Shown: in pieces, positions 62,932 through 64,000 of the stretch | Numbering within the stretch: position 1 is the first letter of the stretch | Layout of the letters: the number at the start of each line of letters is the position of its first letter | NCBI GenBank assembly: GCA_964199315.1 | Contig: OZ116698.1 | Coordinates: 17,236,001 to 17,300,000, forward strand | From: Orbicella franksi | Taxonomy: Eukaryota | Direction: 5' to 3' | Length of the DNA: 64,000 nucleotides | The notes under the pieces: model-generated | Seen by the model: the letters and a program-made list of their open reading frames with translations, nothing else | Told to the model about the DNA's origin: nothing | Database searches by the model: none | Program-made: the position numbers and the translations under genes

Positions 62932-63868
62932 TTAGCCTTTTTTCTCAATTAAGTTAAGAAGCAAGCCCAAAACTGTCTTGGTTTCGTTTACTGCTTGTCG
63001 AACCTCTCTGATCTTTCAGGAATAAAGAACAGGATTCAGCGAGGAATTGAGGTAAATTAAATTTACTGCCACAAACTCGGCCAGAAAAAGAGAGGGGCTT
63101 AATCCTTTTGTGGCTGCTAAAATCATTACTACAACGAAAGGAAGATAACATATTGCCAGTGTGAGGTGAACCCACAATGCATTGAAAACTGTCTTTTCAT
63201 ATCGCGCCATATTTGGCGAAATACTTCCACTCTGACCTCCAAGAGTATCTTGTACTTGTGTTTGTTGACGTCGAATAGTGCGAAAGATTCTTGCGTAAGA
63301 ATAAGTAGAAATTATAACCTCTAACATTACCAATACAGCACTTGAGATAAAGTAGGCAGTCATCCCATATGTAAAGAAAACCGACCGCGCTGCTTTTTAA
63401 CAAGAAGAGGAAGATGATCGTACGAACGCGCTTTACAGTGACAACTCGTCTATATCGTAAACCCAACAACAGAGCGAGTAGTCTGTCCACACCTATAGCG
63501 GTCAGTGTCGCTAAAGATACGCCAGAAGAAATCGTGGTTGTAACATACGCCAAATATTTAGCCACTCGACAAAGTTTCCAGTTTTCGTTTATAGCGGATA
63601 ATAATAAGGTGATAGCTGTCGGCTGCCCGATCACACCAACACAAAGATCGGTGACCGTCAGACAACGAAGCAATAGTTTTGATGGCGGGTGGAGAGACTT
63701 GTCCTTGTGAAGGGCGAACAAGATCAAACTGTTCCCAAGAGTAGCTGTTATGGTTAGAATAACACAGAAAAACACAGTCAATGTGTAAAAGTGAAGCAGA
63801 TAACTTTCGCCATCCCAATGTCGACTGCAAAAGAGCATTCGGGTTGTTTCAATGTTGACGTTCGACAT
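62932..63868 (-). pseudogene. Disabled paralog of the 57489-58442 GPCR
   Basis: Collinear with the intact gene (GNSLILFALHK, DRLLALLLGLRY, NMARYEKTVFNALWVHLTL, NSSLNPVLY). Frameshift at ~63364 (TGG G ATG ACT) and TGA at 63018-63016 where the paralog has TGG (YCWKIKEVRQAV vs YS*KIREVRQAV). Confidence 0.85.
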
Positions 63869-64000
63869 TATTTACAATATTTGAGACAGTTCTTGCTGTG
63901 AAGGTGTACGCGTGTTGGCTTCAAAATATGAATCTTTATTCCTCATTCGCCCAAGTTATTTTGCTTTGGAATAAGAGATGTCAAAAATCGCCCTAATTAA

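Overview
Eukaryotic (animal) genomic DNA with spliceosomal GT-AG introns. The repeat families and GPCR types point to an anthozoan, probably a stony coral (inference). Genes reconstructed by hand: (1) UHMK1/KIS kinase-UHM gene, 9 coding exons, + strand, 865-7287; (2) intronless CCDC190-like gene, - strand, 12728-11490, interrupted by a 200-N gap whose flanks overlap by 11 bp and by a 1-nt frame break; (3,4) two tandem paralogous - strand genes (21233-17197 and 26818-~22725), each encoding a signal peptide joined directly to a lone ZP-C-like domain with no ZP-N, one with a TM helix and PDZ-type tail and one apparently secreted; (5) GOLGA1/golgin-97, 31 coding exons, + strand, 27890-53622; (6) three single-exon class A GPCR loci, two intact and one pseudogene. 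Introns and spacers hold many MITEs (PIF/Harbinger-, piggyBac-, Tc1/mariner- and hAT5-like), tRNA-derived SINEs, a truncated LINE, a compound minisatellite and several long inverted repeats. Best leads: the ZP-C-only membrane/soluble pair, and the UHMK1-CCDC190-GOLGA1 linkage, which matches genes now split between the paralogous human regions 1q23.3 and 9q33.3. Homology calls rest on remembered reference sequences and motifs; no searches were run.
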